24,000 nt of DNA from Escherichia ruysiae (GCF_902498915.1 NZ_CABVLQ010000001.1); one strand, 5' to 3'. Positions 9,223 to 19,726 are shown, counted from the stretch's first letter. Numbers and translations: made by a program. The notes: generated by a model not told the origin, from the letters alone.

Positions 9223-10479
9223 CTAAAGATTATCGTGGGGTGGTTGCTGCTTCGGGCGATTCACAATCATCATCGGTTTGCCAGCCAGCAATAGCCATGC
9301 CGGAAGCATAACGATACAAAGTAGCGGTAGCAGATTGGTATCAGGTACAACGACTGCCGCCATAAACAGGCTTAACCAGCCATCGCGCGTTACCACCAGT
9401 ACCATACCGAGAATAGCGCAGGAGACAGTAATTGCCGCCGGGACTGCGGGAACGTGTTCATGTAGCATCAAACCTAACGCCACGCCAACAAACACTGCCG
9501 GGAAGATTCGCCCGCCACGAAACCCGCTGGCGGCGGCAATGACCAGAGCGGCGAGCTTAATCACTGCCAGTAAAAAGTAATCACTGGTGCTGAAAGCCTG
9601 ATTCATCACCATTTGCTGCATCTCATCCAGCCCTTTAAACAGTGAAACCGGCCCACCAATAACGCCCAAAATACCGAGAATAAACCCGCCAACCCCGAGC
9701 ATAAGCACAGGGTTTTTAATCTGATGCATCATTGCGTGCAACCGTGGCAGACACCATACGGCGACCATCCCCGCAGCGATGGCAATCGCCGCTACAATCG
9801 CACCGCTGATAATGTCTGCCATCTGCATCTGTCCGTAATGCGCAATGGGCAGCGAAAAATGGGGGTGGAAAAATAGACTTGTCGTCAGCGCACCAGCCGC
9901 CGCTGCCATTAACGGCGCAAAGAGTCGATCCCATAGCGGCACTTCATTACTGCCATTTAAGGTTTGCGAAAATATCAACGCCGCCGCAACAGGTGTACCA
10001 AATAGCGCACCGATAGTTCCGGCTGAGGCTAAAATAGTCCATTCCATCCGGTTAACTCGAGGTAACAGGCGAGCGCCTATCGTTACCGCGAGGGCGATAT
10101 TAACAGTCATAATCGGATGTTCCGGCCCCAAGCTGACGCCACCGGCAAGACCGAGAATTAATGCTACGATAAGCCCTGGTAGCGCAGAAGGGGGGACTGG
10201 CGCGCCGATCAGCGGTTCACTGGCGGGATCTGGTCCGGCATGACCCTGGCTGAAACGGATAACCAGTCCCACTGCGATCCCCGTCAGCGTTAATATTCCG
10301 ATGATCCACAGCGGTGAATCCTGGGCTATCCCCAGACTTCCCGGCAGTCGTTGCCAGAGTAAATTCTGTAATACCGAGGCGATTTTCATCACCACAATCA
10401 GAATAAGACTGGACGCAATCCCAATTGCCAGGGCGGGAAGCGATAATAACAACATGGTTCTGGCTCGCGAATGGAGCAT
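9223..10479 (-). CDS. yfeO: Putative ion channel/transporter, ClC (voltage-gated chloride channel)-like, uncharacterised
   Basis: 418 aa and polytopic. It has ClC-like motifs GHAGP, GPEHP (glutamate retained) and GGRIFPAVF. An SD AAGGAA lies upstream of the ATG. Confidence 0.9.
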   Translation of the reverse strand: MLHSRARTMLLLSLPALAIGIASSLILIVVMKIASVLQNLLWQRLPGSLGIAQDSPLWIIGILTLTGIAVGLVIRFSQGHAGPDPASEPLIGAPVPPSALPGLIVALILGLAGGVSLGPEHPIMTVNIALAVTIGARLLPRVNRMEWTILASAGTIGALFGTPVAAALIFSQTLNGSNEVPLWDRLFAPLMAAAAGALTTSLFFHPHFSLPIAHYGQMQMADIISGAIVAAIAIAAGMVAVWCLPRLHAMMHQIKNPVLMLGVGGFILGILGVIGGPVSLFKGLDEMQQMVMNQAFSTSDYFLLAVIKLAALVIAAASGFRGGRIFPAVFVGVALGLMLHEHVPAVPAAITVSCAILGMVLVVTRDGWLSLFMAAVVVPDTNLLPLLCIVMLPAWLLLAGKPMMIVNRPKQQPPHDNL

Positions 10480-10682
10480 GTTCTATTCCTTATGCGGGGT
10501 CAGATACTTAGTTTGCCCAGCTTGCATAAAGGCATCGCTGCAATTGGTGCTGAAACGATAAAGTAATAGTGTGACCCAGATCGATATTTACAGGGAGCCC
10601 GCCTTTCCGGCGTTGTTGTTAGGCTCCCAGGTATTTACAGTGTGAGAAAGAATTATTTTGACTTTAGCGGAGCAGTAGAAGA

Positions 10683-11648
10683 ATGACAAAGTATGCATTA
10701 GTCGGTGATGTGGGCGGCACCAACGCACGTCTTGCTCTGTGTGATATTACCAGTGGTGAAATCTCGCAGGCTAAAACCTATTCTGGGCTTGATTATCCCA
10801 GCCTGGAAGCGGTTATCCGCGTTTATCTCGAAGAACATAAGGTCGAGGTGAAAGACGGTTGTATTGCCATCGCTTGCCCAATTACCGGTGACTGGGTGGC
10901 AATGACCAACCATACCTGGGCGTTCTCAATTGCCGAAATGAAAAAGAATCTCGGTTTTAGCCATCTGGAAATTATTAACGATTTTACCGCTGTATCGATG
11001 GCGATCCCGATGCTGAAAAAAGAGCATCTGATCCAGTTTGGCGGTAAGGAACCAGTTGAAGGTAAACCTATCGCGGTTTACGGTGCCGGAACGGGGCTAG
11101 GCGTGGCGCATCTGGTTCATGTTGATAAACGCTGGGTAAGCCTGCCAGGCGAAGGCGGTCACGTTGATTTTGCGCCAAACAGCGAAGAAGAGGCCATTAT
11201 TCTCGAAATACTGCGTGCTGAAATAGGCCATGTCTCTGCTGAACGCGTGCTCTCTGGGCCAGGGCTGGTGAATTTGTACCGCGCGATTGTGAAAGCAGAT
11301 AACCGTCTGCCAGAAAATCTCAAGCCAAAAGATATTACCGAACGCGCGCTGGCCGACAGTTGCACCGATTGCCGCCGCGCGTTGTCGCTGTTTTGCGTGA
11401 TTATGGGCCGTTTTGGCGGCAATCTGGCGCTCAATCTCGGCACATTTGGCGGCGTGTTTATTGCGGGCGGTATCGTGCCGCGTTTCCTTGAATTCTTCAA
11501 AGCCTCTGGTTTCCGTGCCGCTTTTGAAGACAAAGGCCGCTTTAAAGAATATGTCCATGATATTCCGGCTTATCTTATCGTCCATGACAATCCGGGTCTT
11601 CTCGGCTCAGGTGCACATTTACGCCAGACCTTAGGGTACGTCCTGTAA
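10683..11648 (+). CDS. glk: Glucokinase
   Basis: 321 aa. The N-terminal ATP-binding motif is [14 protein letters not shown], and a GGAG SD lies upstream. It is near-identical to E. coli Glk by recall, with a few substitutions including the C-terminus. Confidence 0.97.
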   Translation: MTKYALVGDVGGTNARLALCDITSGEISQAKTYSGLDYPSLEAVIRVYLEEHKVEVKDGCIAIACPITGDWVAMTNHTWAFSIAEMKKNLGFSHLEIINDFTAVSMAIPMLKKEHLIQFGGKEPVEGKPIAVYGAGTGLGVAHLVHVDKRWVSLPGEGGHVDFAPNSEEEAIILEILRAEIGHVSAERVLSGPGLVNLYRAIVKADNRLPENLKPKDITERALADSCTDCRRALSLFCVIMGRFGGNLALNLGTFGGVFIAGGIVPRFLEFFKASGFRAAFEDKGRFKEYVHDIPAYLIVHDNPGLLGSGAHLRQTLGYVL

Positions 11649-11661
11649 ATCCTTCCTGCCA

Positions 11662-11692
11662 TATCGGGAGATAATCCTCCCGATAATCTTTT
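11662..11692 (+). terminator. Rho-independent terminator after glk
   Basis: A 9-bp stem tatcgggag/ctcccgata with a 6-nt loop is followed by aatctttt, starting 14 nt after the glk stop. Confidence 0.6.
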
Positions 11693-11866
11693 AAATCATA
11701 CGGTTAGTTCAATTTTTCTTTGTGTTTCATCACAAGGCCGACCTGCGTCACACTTCCGCACTACGGGATTAATTCTCCAGTAAATGCATTATTTGTCTGG
11801 TAACGGCAATTTGTTTTGCACGTTCATAATTTCACTCGTTAACTATAAACGAACGAGGAAATAACG

Positions 11867-12193
11867 ATGAGTAAGAAACTGATTGCCTTATGTGCCTGCC
11901 CGATGGGCCTTGCGCACACTTTTATGGCGGCTCAGGCGCTGGAAGAGGCCGCAGTGGAAGCTGGCTATGAAGTGAAAATTGAAACCCAGGGCGCGGACGG
12001 TATCCAGAATCGCCTGACGGCGCAGGATATCGCCGAAGCGACCATCATCATCCACTCAGTGGCAGTTACCCCGGAAGATAACGAACGTTTCGAATCCCGC
12101 GACGTTTATGAAATCACTTTGCAGGACGCAATTAAAAACGCAGCGGGCATCATCAAAGAAATCGAAGAGATGATTGCCGCTGAACAACCGTAA
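11867..12193 (+). CDS. fryB: PTS enzyme IIB component, fructose-like family
   Basis: 108 aa. The phospho-cysteine motif ACPMGLAHTFMAA is typical of fructose-family EIIB. An SD gagga lies upstream. Confidence 0.93.
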   Translation: MSKKLIALCACPMGLAHTFMAAQALEEAAVEAGYEVKIETQGADGIQNRLTAQDIAEATIIIHSVAVTPEDNERFESRDVYEITLQDAIKNAAGIIKEIEEMIAAEQP

Positions 12194-12214
12194 TTTTCGA
12201 CAGGGATAATTGTT

Positions 12215-13462
12215 ATGGCCATTAAAAAACGCAGTGCAACCGTTGTGCCTGGCGCATCCGGTGCGGCAGCGGCAATTAAGAATCCGCAGGCCTCTAAAAG
12301 CAGCTTCTGGGGTGAACTTCCGCAGCATGTGATGTCAGGGATTTCACGCATGGTGCCGACCTTAATTATGGGCGGCGTGATCCTCGCTTTCAGCCAGCTG
12401 ATTGCTTATAGCTGGCTAAAAATTCCCGCTGACATTGGCATTATGGATGCACTTAATAGCGGGAAATTTTCCGGTTTCGACCTCTCCTTACTGAAATTTG
12501 CCTGGCTGTCGCAGTCCTTTGGCGGCGTGTTGTTTGGTTTTGCCATTCCGATGTTTGCTGCTTTTGTGGCGAACTCCATTGGCGGCAAACTGGCGTTCCC
12601 GGCTGGGTTTATCGGCGGGTTAATGTCTACCCAGCCAACGCAACTGCTGAACTTTGATCCCAGTACCATGCAGTGGGCGACCTCTTCACCGGTGCCGTCT
12701 ACCTTCATTGGTGCGCTGATCATTTCTATCGTTGCAGGTTACCTTGTGAAGTGGATGAACCAGAAAATCCAGTTACCGGATTTCCTGTTAGCGTTCAAAA
12801 CCACATTTTTGCTACCGATTCTTTCCGCCATTTTTGTCATGCTGGCGATGTATTACGTCATCACCCCATTTGGCGGTTGGATCAACGGCGGTATCCGTAC
12901 CGTGCTGACTGCCGCAGGTGAGAAGGGGGCGCTGATGTATGCGATGGGTATCGCAGCAGCGACCGCAATCGACCTCGGTGGCCCAATCAACAAAGCAGCA
13001 GGTTTCGTTGCTTTCAGCTTTACCACTGACCACGTATTACCGGTTACCGCGCGTTCTATCGCAATCGTCATTCCGCCGATTGGTCTGGGTCTGGCGACTA
13101 TTATCGACCGTCGTTTAACCGGCAAACGCCTGTTTAACGCCCAGCTTTATCCGCAGGGTAAAACCGCCATGTTCCTGGCGTTTATGGGGATCAGTGAAGG
13201 TGCGATTCCGTTTGCGCTGGAAAGCCCCATCACCGCAATTCCGTCCTATATGGTCGGTGCGATTGTCGGCTCCACCGCCGCTGTCTGGCTGGGCGCAGTG
13301 CAATGGTTCCCGGAATCAGCAATCTGGGCGTGGCCGCTGGTGACTAATCTGGGCGTTTACATGGCGGGGATCGCGCTGGGGGCAATCATTACCGCGCTGA
13401 TGGTGGTGTTCCTGCGTTTGATGATGTTCCGCAAAGGCAAATTGTTAATCGATAGCCTGTAA
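12215..13462 (+). CDS. fryC: PTS enzyme IIC permease component, fructose-like family
   Basis: 415 aa and polytopic. Its sequence resembles fructose-type EIIC, and it starts 21 nt after fryB. Confidence 0.93.
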   Translation: MAIKKRSATVVPGASGAAAAIKNPQASKSSFWGELPQHVMSGISRMVPTLIMGGVILAFSQLIAYSWLKIPADIGIMDALNSGKFSGFDLSLLKFAWLSQSFGGVLFGFAIPMFAAFVANSIGGKLAFPAGFIGGLMSTQPTQLLNFDPSTMQWATSSPVPSTFIGALIISIVAGYLVKWMNQKIQLPDFLLAFKTTFLLPILSAIFVMLAMYYVITPFGGWINGGIRTVLTAAGEKGALMYAMGIAAATAIDLGGPINKAAGFVAFSFTTDHVLPVTARSIAIVIPPIGLGLATIIDRRLTGKRLFNAQLYPQGKTAMFLAFMGISEGAIPFALESPITAIPSYMVGAIVGSTAAVWLGAVQWFPESAIWAWPLVTNLGVYMAGIALGAIITALMVVFLRLMMFRKGKLLIDSL

Positions 13463-13476
13463 GAAGGACAATCCTA

Positions 13477-14562
13477 ATGACATTACTCGCTTCGCTGCGC
13501 GACTGGCTTAAGGCGCAACAGCTGGATGCGGTGCTTCTCTCCTCACGGCAGAACAAACAGCCCCATCTGGGGATTTCCACCGGGTCAGGCTATGTGCTGA
13601 TTAGTCGTGAGAGCGCGCACATTCTGGTGGATTCGCGCTATTACGTGGAGGTGGAAGCTCGTGCGCAAGGCTACCAGCTACATTTGCTTGACGCGACGCA
13701 CACGCTGGCAACCATCGTCAATCAAATCATTGCCGATGAGCAGCTGCAAACGCTCGGTTTTGAAGGCCAGCAGGTGAGTTGGGAAACCGCGCACCGCTGG
13801 CAGGTTGAACTTAATGCAAAGCTGGTCAGCGCCACGCCGGATGTGCTGCGGCAAATCAAAATGCCAGAGGAGGTGGAGAAAATCCGTCTCGCCTGTGGGA
13901 TTGCCGATCGTGGTGCAGAGCATATTCGCCGCTTTATTCAGGCGGGGATGAGCGAATGTGAGATAGCTGCTGAACTGGAGTGGTTTATGCGCCAGCAGGG
14001 AGCAGAAAAAGCCTCCTTTGACACCATTGTTGCCAGTGGCTGGCGTGGGGCGCTGCCGCACGGCAAGGCCAGCGACAAAGTGGTTGTAGCGGGCGAGTTT
14101 GTCACACTCGATTTCGGTGCGCTGTATCAGGGCTACTGCTCTGATATGACGCGCACCTTTCTGGTTCATGGCGAAGGGGTGAGCGCCGAATCTCACCCGC
14201 TGTTTAACGTGTATCAGATTGTCCTGCAAGCGCAACTGGCGGCAATCTCCGCGATTCTCCCCGGCGTGCGTTGCCAGCAGGTTGACGACGCCGCGCGTCG
14301 GGTCATTACAGAAGCCGGTTATGGAGAGTATTTCGGCCATAACACCGGTCATGCAATCGGCATTGACGTACATGAAGATCCGCGTTTTTCACCACGTGAT
14401 ACCACGATGCTCCAGCCTGGCATGTTACTGACCGTAGAGCCGGGGATTTATTTGCCAGGGCAAGGGGGCGTGCGCATCGAAGATGTTGTGCTGGTTACCC
14501 CGCAAGGCGCAGAAGTGCTCTACGCCATGCCGAAAACAGTGTTGCTCACGGGAGAGGCATAA
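13477..14562 (+). CDS. ypdF: M24-family metallopeptidase (Xaa-Pro aminopeptidase / Met-aminopeptidase-like)
   Basis: 361 aa. The pita-bread fold metal ligands are readable: [16 protein letters not shown] (D,D), GHNTGHAIG (H), VEPGIY (E) and RIEDVV (E). An SD gaagga lies upstream. Confidence 0.93.
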   Translation: MTLLASLRDWLKAQQLDAVLLSSRQNKQPHLGISTGSGYVLISRESAHILVDSRYYVEVEARAQGYQLHLLDATHTLATIVNQIIADEQLQTLGFEGQQVSWETAHRWQVELNAKLVSATPDVLRQIKMPEEVEKIRLACGIADRGAEHIRRFIQAGMSECEIAAELEWFMRQQGAEKASFDTIVASGWRGALPHGKASDKVVVAGEFVTLDFGALYQGYCSDMTRTFLVHGEGVSAESHPLFNVYQIVLQAQLAAISAILPGVRCQQVDDAARRVITEAGYGEYFGHNTGHAIGIDVHEDPRFSPRDTTMLQPGMLLTVEPGIYLPGQGGVRIEDVVLVTPQGAEVLYAMPKTVLLTGEA

Positions 14563-15599
14563 TGGATTTATCGCTATTAAAAGCGTTGAGCGAGGCCGAT
14601 GCGATCGCCTCCTCGGAACAGGAAGTGCGGCAGATCCTGCTGGATGAAGCGGATCGACTGCAAAAAGAAGTGCGATTTGACGGTCTGGGATCGGTGCTGA
14701 TCCGCCTCAATGAATCGATGGGGCCGAAGGTGATGATCTGCGCACATATGGATGAAGTGGGGTTTATGGTGCGTAGCATCTCCCGCGAAGGCGCTATTGA
14801 CGTGCTGCCGGTTGGCAACGTGCGCATGGCTGCCCGCCAGTTGCAGCCGGTGCGCATCACCACCCGTGAAGAGTGCAAAATTCCCGGCCTGCTTGATGGC
14901 GAGCGGCAGGGAAATGAGGTTAGCGTAATGCGCGTGGACATTGGCGCGCGCTCGTATGATGAAGTGATACAGGCGGGAATTCGTCCAGGCGATCGCGTCA
15001 CGTTTGATACCGCTTTTCAGGTTCTTCCTCACCAGCGGGTGATGGGGAAAGCCTTTGATGACCGCCTCGGTTGCTATCTGCTGGTGACGTTACTGCGCGA
15101 ACTACACAGCGCCGAACTGCCTGCGGAAGTGTGGCTGGTGGCAAGTTCCAGCGAAGAGGTGGGATTACGCGGCGGGCAAACCGCCACCCGCGCGGTGTCG
15201 CCGGACGTCGCCATTGTGCTTGATACCGCCTGCTGGGCGAAAAACTTTGATTATGGCGCGGCGAACCATCGCCAGATTGGTAACGGTCCGATGCTGGTGT
15301 TAAGCGATAAATCGCTGATTGCGCCGCCAAAACTCACAGCCTGGATTGAAACCGTGGCGGCAGAAATTGGCGTGCCGTTACAGGCGGATATGTTCAGTAA
15401 CGGCGGCACGGACGGTGGAGCGGTTCACTTAACCGGTACTGGCGTACCCACAGTGGTGATGGGGCCAGCAACCCGCCATGGACATTGCGCCGCATCGATT
15501 GCCGACTGCCGCGATATTTTGCAGATGCAGCAACTTTTATCTGCCCTTATTCAACGTCTTACCCGTGAGACGGTTGTTCAACTGACGGATTTCAGATGA
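14562..15599 (+). CDS. ypdE: M42-family aminopeptidase (FrvX/SgcX/CelM-like)
   Basis: 345 aa. The start overlaps the ypdF stop (TAATG). The M42 metal-site motifs are present: [31 protein letters not shown] and RHGHC. Confidence 0.93.
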   Translation: MDLSLLKALSEADAIASSEQEVRQILLDEADRLQKEVRFDGLGSVLIRLNESMGPKVMICAHMDEVGFMVRSISREGAIDVLPVGNVRMAARQLQPVRITTREECKIPGLLDGERQGNEVSVMRVDIGARSYDEVIQAGIRPGDRVTFDTAFQVLPHQRVMGKAFDDRLGCYLLVTLLRELHSAELPAEVWLVASSSEEVGLRGGQTATRAVSPDVAIVLDTACWAKNFDYGAANHRQIGNGPMLVLSDKSLIAPPKLTAWIETVAAEIGVPLQADMFSNGGTDGGAVHLTGTGVPTVVMGPATRHGHCAASIADCRDILQMQQLLSALIQRLTRETVVQLTDFR

Positions 15600-15623
15600 T
15601 TTCCCGATTAACCCGGAGCGGTT

Positions 15624-18119
15624 ATGTTAACGATTCAATTTCTCTGTCCTTTGCCTAACGGTCTTCATGCCCGTCCGGCGTGGGAACTTAAAGAACAGTG
15701 TAGTCAGTGGCAAAGCGAAATCGCTTTTATCAACCATCGCCAGAACGCAAAGGCCGATGCCAAAAGTTCACTGGCGCTGATTGGCACCGGCACTTTATTT
15801 AATGACAGTTGCAGCCTGAACATTAGCGGTGGCGATGAAGAACAGGCACGGCGCGTACTGGAAGAGTACATCCAGGTGCGCTTTATCGACAGCGACAGCA
15901 TCCAACCGACACAAGCAGAACTGACGGCGCATCCGCTGCCACGTTCATTAAGTCGCCTTAACCCTGATTTGCTGTACGGTAACGTGCTGGCGAGCGGCGT
16001 CGGTGTTGGTACGTTAACGTTGTTGCAGAGCGACAGCCTCGACAGTTATCGGGCGATCCCTGCCAGTGTGCAAGACACCACCCGGCTGGAACACAGCCTG
16101 GCAACGCTTGCCGAACAACTGAACCAGCAGCTGCGCGAGCGTGACGGCGAAAGTAAAACCATTCTTAGCGCCCATTTGTCGCTGATTCAGGATGAAGAGT
16201 TTGCGGGGAATATCCGTCGTCTGATGGCAGAACAACATCAGGGACTGGGGGCGGCAATCATCAGCAATATGGAGCAGGTTTGCGACAAACTTTCTGCCTC
16301 TGCCAGCGATTATCTGCGCGAACGAGTTAGTGATATTCGTGATATCAGCGAACAGTTGCTGCATATCACCTGGCCGGAACTGAAGCCGCGCAATAATCTG
16401 CTGCTTGAAAAATCGACCATTCTGGTCGCCGAAGATTTAACTCCAAGCCAGTTTTTGAGTCTCGATTTAAAAAATCTCGCAGGCATGATTCTGGAGAAAA
16501 CCGGGCGCACATCGCATACCCTGATTCTGGCGCGAGCTTCGGCGATCCCGGTACTGAGCGGCTTGCCGCTGGATGCGATAGCCCGTTATGCCGGGCAACC
16601 GGCGGTGCTTGACGCCCAGTGTGGCGTGCTGGCGATTAATCCTGATGACGCGGTGAGCGGTTATTACCAGGTTGCGCAGACGCTGGCGGACAAACGCCAA
16701 AAACAACAGGCGCAGGCCGCCGCGCAACTGGCCTATTCCCGTGATAACAAGCGAATTGATATCGCCGCGAATATTGGCACCGCTCTGGAAGCTCCTGGTG
16801 CGTTTGCCAATGGCGCGGAAGGCGTCGGGCTGTTCCGCACCGAAATGCTGTATATGGATCGCGATAGCGCGCCGGACGAGCAGGAACAGTTTGAAGCCTA
16901 CCAGCAGGTGTTACTGGCGGCGGGCGACAAGCCAATTATTTTCCGCACGATGGACATCGGCGGCGATAAAAGCATTCCTTATCTGAATATTCCCCAGGAA
17001 GAGAACCCGTTCCTCGGCTATCGCGCGGTACGTATTTACCCGGAATTTGCTGGCCTGTTCCGTACCCAGCTACGGGCCATTTTGCGTGCTGCCAGTTACG
17101 GTAACGCTCAGTTGATGATTCCGATGGTTCACAGCCTCGATCAGATCTTATGGGTGAAGAGTGAGATCCAGAAAGCAATCGTTGAGCTTAAGCGCGATGG
17201 CCTGCGTCATGCAGAGACGATTACGCTTGGGATCATGGTGGAAGTGCCGTCGGTTTGCTACATCATCGACCACTTCTGCGATGAGGTCGATTTCTTTAGT
17301 ATCGGCTCGAACGATATGACCCAGTATCTGTATGCGGTCGATCGTAATAACCCGCGCGTATCGCCGCTGTATAACCCGATTACGCCATCTTTCCTGCGCA
17401 TGTTGCAGCAGATAGTGACCACTGCGCATCAGCGGGGAAAATGGGTCGGCATTTGCGGTGAGCTGGGTGGTGAAAGCCGTTATCTGCCGCTACTGCTTGG
17501 GCTGAGCCTGGATGAGCTAAGTATGAGTAGCCCGCGCATTCCGGCGGTGAAAAGCCAGCTTCGTCAACTGGATAGCGAGGCGTGTCGGGAACTGGCACGT
17601 CAGGCGTGTGAATGTCGCAGCGCGCAGGAAATTGAAGCGTTACTCACCGCCTTTACGCCGGAAGAAGACGTTCGCCCATTGTTGGCGCTGGAGAATATCT
17701 TCGTTGATCAGGCCTTTAGCAATAAAGAGCAGGCGATCCAGTTCCTGTGCGGTAACCTCGGCGTTAACGGGCGCACTGAACATCCGTTCGAGCTGGAAGA
17801 GGATGTCTGGCAGCGGGAAGAGATTGTGACTACTGGTGTTGGTTTTGGCGTGGCGATCCCGCACACTAAATCTCAGTGGATCCGCCATTCCAGTATCAGC
17901 ATTGCCCGGCTGGTGAAACCGGTTGACTGGCAGTCAGAAATGGGCGAAGTCGAGCTGGTGATCATGCTGACGCTGGGCGCTAGCGAAGGGATGAACCATG
18001 TGAAGGTCTTCTCGCAGCTGGCGCGCAAACTGGTGAATAAAAACTTCCGCCAGTCGCTGTTCGCCGCGCAAGACGCACAAAGCATCCTGACGCTGCTGGA
18101 AACGGAATTAACCTTCTAA
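15624..18119 (+). CDS. fryA: Multiphosphoryl transfer protein: HPr-like, Enzyme I-like and EIIA(Fru/Mtl/Ntr-type) fused in one chain
   Basis: 831 aa. The N-terminus is HPr-like with GLHARPA (His15). The central part is EI-like with the phospho-His loop GRTSHTLILARA, the PEP-utilising signatures IGSNDMTQY and the GICGELGG cysteine. The C-terminus is IIA-like with GVAIPHTKS. Confidence 0.95.
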   Translation: MLTIQFLCPLPNGLHARPAWELKEQCSQWQSEIAFINHRQNAKADAKSSLALIGTGTLFNDSCSLNISGGDEEQARRVLEEYIQVRFIDSDSIQPTQAELTAHPLPRSLSRLNPDLLYGNVLASGVGVGTLTLLQSDSLDSYRAIPASVQDTTRLEHSLATLAEQLNQQLRERDGESKTILSAHLSLIQDEEFAGNIRRLMAEQHQGLGAAIISNMEQVCDKLSASASDYLRERVSDIRDISEQLLHITWPELKPRNNLLLEKSTILVAEDLTPSQFLSLDLKNLAGMILEKTGRTSHTLILARASAIPVLSGLPLDAIARYAGQPAVLDAQCGVLAINPDDAVSGYYQVAQTLADKRQKQQAQAAAQLAYSRDNKRIDIAANIGTALEAPGAFANGAEGVGLFRTEMLYMDRDSAPDEQEQFEAYQQVLLAAGDKPIIFRTMDIGGDKSIPYLNIPQEENPFLGYRAVRIYPEFAGLFRTQLRAILRAASYGNAQLMIPMVHSLDQILWVKSEIQKAIVELKRDGLRHAETITLGIMVEVPSVCYIIDHFCDEVDFFSIGSNDMTQYLYAVDRNNPRVSPLYNPITPSFLRMLQQIVTTAHQRGKWVGICGELGGESRYLPLLLGLSLDELSMSSPRIPAVKSQLRQLDSEACRELARQACECRSAQEIEALLTAFTPEEDVRPLLALENIFVDQAFSNKEQAIQFLCGNLGVNGRTEHPFELEEDVWQREEIVTTGVGFGVAIPHTKSQWIRHSSISIARLVKPVDWQSEMGEVELVIMLTLGASEGMNHVKVFSQLARKLVNKNFRQSLFAAQDAQSILTLLETELTF

Positions 18120-18121
18120 TG

Positions 18122-18979
18122 TTAGCCCTGAAAACGGGCGCTGTACTCTCCCGGCGTCAGGCCAAACTGACGCCGGAAGACGCGACAAAAATAGTCGCTA
18201 TCCGGAAAGCCGCAACGCTGCGCCACTTCATGAATCGACAGATGATATTTCTGCAAAATCATCCTCGCCTTCGCCATTCGCACCCAACGCACATACTCGA
18301 TAAAACGCATCGTTCCATGCTGAGCAAACAGTTTTGACAGATGATTGGGCGTGATATTAAAAAACTGCGCCACGCTCTCGCGGGTGAGCGGCTGGGCATA
18401 ATTATCCTGAACCCAGTTACAAATGCTGTGATAGAGAAAATCGCCGCGCGGCTGCGAATTGCCCGGCGGCATATTCACCACGTTGCGGCAAAGATGCAGC
18501 AAACTTAACACCAGTGGCTGAATGATATTCTGCTCCAGCGGCGAACGGCTGAGATGGGTGAGGGCGGTGAGCATTGCTTCACCTTCACCGCGTTGCAGAC
18601 TGGGAAGCTGGATCCGGCGAACCGGATGCAACAATGACGTGCTGCGGCTATCGTAATACGATAACCCAAGCCAGGTCGGTGCGAACACCAGGCTTAAGAG
18701 CATCACCGGTTTGTTGTTGACCGGTAAATTAGCCGCGCGCGCCGGAATAAACAGCATTTCCCCTTCCACCATACGCTGCTGCTTTGCTTCCAGCAGATTG
18801 CCGTATTCGCCGCGCAGCACGATATCCAGACGGGGAAAGTCAATACATAAACTACCCACCGGCAACGAGGCAGGCTGGCTGGCAAACCAGACGCGCCCAA
18901 GTAGTTGCGGGTTAAGCACCAGGCCGCTGAACAGATCGGCGAAAAATTGTTGATCGGCGGGCAAGCCTGTTGCTTTCAT
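18122..18979 (-). CDS. ypdC: AraC/XylS-family transcriptional regulator, uncharacterised
   Basis: 285 aa. The C-terminal double HTH is typical of AraC family (SVAQFFNITPNHLSKLF ... EVAQRCGFPDSDYFCRVFRRQFGLTPGEY). It starts 12 nt after the ypdB stop, with an AGGA SD. Confidence 0.93.
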   Translation of the reverse strand: MKATGLPADQQFFADLFSGLVLNPQLLGRVWFASQPASLPVGSLCIDFPRLDIVLRGEYGNLLEAKQQRMVEGEMLFIPARAANLPVNNKPVMLLSLVFAPTWLGLSYYDSRSTSLLHPVRRIQLPSLQRGEGEAMLTALTHLSRSPLEQNIIQPLVLSLLHLCRNVVNMPPGNSQPRGDFLYHSICNWVQDNYAQPLTRESVAQFFNITPNHLSKLFAQHGTMRFIEYVRWVRMAKARMILQKYHLSIHEVAQRCGFPDSDYFCRVFRRQFGLTPGEYSARFQG

Positions 18980-18991
18980 GAATATTCCTGA

Positions 18992-19726
18992 TTACAGATG
19001 CATTAACTGCCTGAATTCTTTAACTTTGCTGCGGCTGACTGGCACTTCAAAATCCAGATCTTTTAGCCGCAGAATATAAGTGTTATTAAACCACGGTTCG
19101 ATTTCGCGGATTTTGTTCAGATTGACACAAAACGAGCGATGGCAGCGGAAAAAATGCGATGGAGGCAGCTTGCTGCAAAACTCGGTAATGTTCATCGGCA
19201 TTACGTAGGATTCACGCCGCGTATAGACAAAGGTCATTTTTTCGTGCGCTTCGGCGTAATAGATATCATTAATTGGCGTAACGATAATTCGCTCATCTTT
19301 CACCAGATTAATGGTGTCATTCTCACGCGTTACCGTTGTGGCAGGCGTACTGCTGGTTTGCTGTTGCTGCCAGGCCGCTTCCAGTTTTTGCAGCATCCCG
19401 GTGATGCGTGATTCCTGATACGGTTTGAGAATGTAGTCAAACGCCTCCAGTTCAAACGCTTCTACCGCATGTTCTTTCCACGCGGTGATAAACACAATAA
19501 ACGGTTTATGGGCAAACTGGCTGATGTTTTGCGCCAGCAGCACGCCATCCAGCGACGGAATATTGATATCCAGAAAAATGGCGTCGACGCGGTTATGCTG
19601 CAAAAACTTCAACACGTCCAGACCGTCGTCAAAGGTGCCGACAATCTCCATCTGGCTGTGCTCTTTAATTAGCCAGCTCAGTTCCTGTTGTGCCAGGAAT
19701 TCGTCTTCAACAATGATGACTTTCAC
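18992..19726 (-). CDS. ypdB: LytTR-family response regulator (receiver plus LytTR DNA-binding domain)
   Basis: The track ORF begins at a TTG at 19744. I prefer the GTG at 19726 (244 aa, VKVIIVEDEF...), which has a GGAG SD 7 nt upstream and matches the K-12 length by recall. The receiver Asp lies in AIFLDINIP, and the C-terminus is LytTR. Confidence 0.92.
   Translation of the reverse strand: MKVIIVEDEFLAQQELSWLIKEHSQMEIVGTFDDGLDVLKFLQHNRVDAIFLDINIPSLDGVLLAQNISQFAHKPFIVFITAWKEHAVEAFELEAFDYILKPYQESRITGMLQKLEAAWQQQQTSSTPATTVTRENDTINLVKDERIIVTPINDIYYAEAHEKMTFVYTRRESYVMPMNITEFCSKLPPSHFFRCHRSFCVNLNKIREIEPWFNNTYILRLKDLDFEVPVSRSKVKEFRQLMHL

Noticed and set aside
18119-18337. A 72-aa ORF has an ATG that overlaps the fryA stop as TAATG, the same coupling motif as ypdF/ypdE. 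It runs antisense to the 3' end of ypdC and could be a sixth fry operon gene.
   Set aside because: It lies wholly within the conserved AraC-type HTH coding region of ypdC on the opposite strand. The translation is basic and featureless, and the TAATG could arise by chance. There is no independent support.
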